From: Octopus vulgaris
Taxonomy: Eukaryota
Length of the DNA: 64,000 nucleotides
Direction of reading: 5' to 3'
Assembly: GCA_951406725.2 (NCBI GenBank)
Contig: OX597817.1
Coordinates: 169,756,001 to 169,820,000, forward strand
Shown: in pieces, positions 63,108 to 64,000 of the stretch
Layout: the number at the start of each line of letters is the position of its first letter
Numbering within the stretch: position 1 is the first letter of the stretch
Position numbers and translations under genes: made by a program
Notes under the pieces: generated by a model
The model's input: only the letters and a program-made list of their open reading frames with translations
Databases searched by the model: none
What the model was told of the DNA's origin: nothing

Positions 63108-64000
63108 TGTCTCCATTATCCCTATTCCTCACAACCATCGTAATGAATATAAGAAATTTACTGCATAATTAACTATTTCTGATTATATTTTAGAGACCAT
63201 AACAGCATAAATTATACATAGTATATACGTAGCATAAAACATTTATTATACATGTCGGTACGTAAATGTCGTCTGAAATATGGAAGTAGATTTTGTAGCA
63301 GACGACATTGGCATGTCGGCTGTTTGAGAGCCTCACTCTGTATTTTATTTGTTCCACGCGTATCTCTCTTTCACTGTCTAGCTCACTCAACTATCTAAAT
63401 ATTTGCCTGGAAGTCTCTATTTATCTGCCATTGATGTCGATGATGGTTTAAAATAAATATTAAATGAAAAAGGGGGGGGAAAAAAAAAGAAAGACGTAAG
63501 AAAAATGAATTACAGAAAAAATTGTTTTAAATGGTCGGCACAGTGACATACAGAAGTGTGCAACCTTGATTTTGTTTCCTCATAACTTTCAGAAAAGAAT
63601 GAATATTGTTTAATGCAATTTTCTTACAATATCTGGATCTTTTCAAAGTGAAAAGATCCCAATATCTTTGATTTAGATTCCGATTATATTGGAATTTAAT
63701 GTGAGAAAAAGAAATGGCAGGAGCAAAGGAGTTTCGGATAATTCACATCTTCAAATTCGTTCATTTATCTTTTAATTGTTTCAGTCATTACACTGTGGCC
63801 ATGCTGGGGCTCTGGCATGATGAATTTTTTGTTGAACGAATCACCCCATTTTTTTTTTTCGTTTTTCTTTTTTTTTTGTGTGTGAGGTTGGTACTTATTC
63901 TATCAGGTTCTTTTGCCGAACAGCTAAGTTACAGGGACGTAAACACACCAGCACCAGTTCTAAAATCGGTGGAGGAAAACAAACCTCTCTCTCACACACA

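Overview
AT-rich, microsatellite-dense animal DNA. The SINE and LINE repertoire points to an Octopus/cephalopod genome (inference). Almost every ORF in the supplied track is a simple-repeat or transposon artefact. The real host gene is absent from the track because its exons are short: a minus-strand spliced gene, reconstructed by hand, with phase-compatible exons at 61832-61894, 33118-33247, 24798-24952, 18822-19093 and 16765-16927, plus weaker downstream candidates. It encodes MNWVGGSRHRIGLRTERKVQKEYFEKKRQ..., which matches my recollection of the N-terminus of the meiotic crossover regulator REDIC1/C12orf40. Most of the window is therefore intron. The introns hold tRNA-derived SINEs, RTE LINE 3' ends with a variable ~61-bp repeat array, Dong/R4 3' ends in (TAA)n, a decayed full-length mariner, hAT, Chapaev3-like, Gypsy and Helitron remnants, MITEs and solo LTRs. 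The most striking hidden structure is a set of type I hammerhead ribozyme motifs from three different Penelope-like, fold-back repeat families. A 1-kb minisatellite built from palindromes lies just inside intron 1. No prokaryotic features or CRISPR arrays are present.
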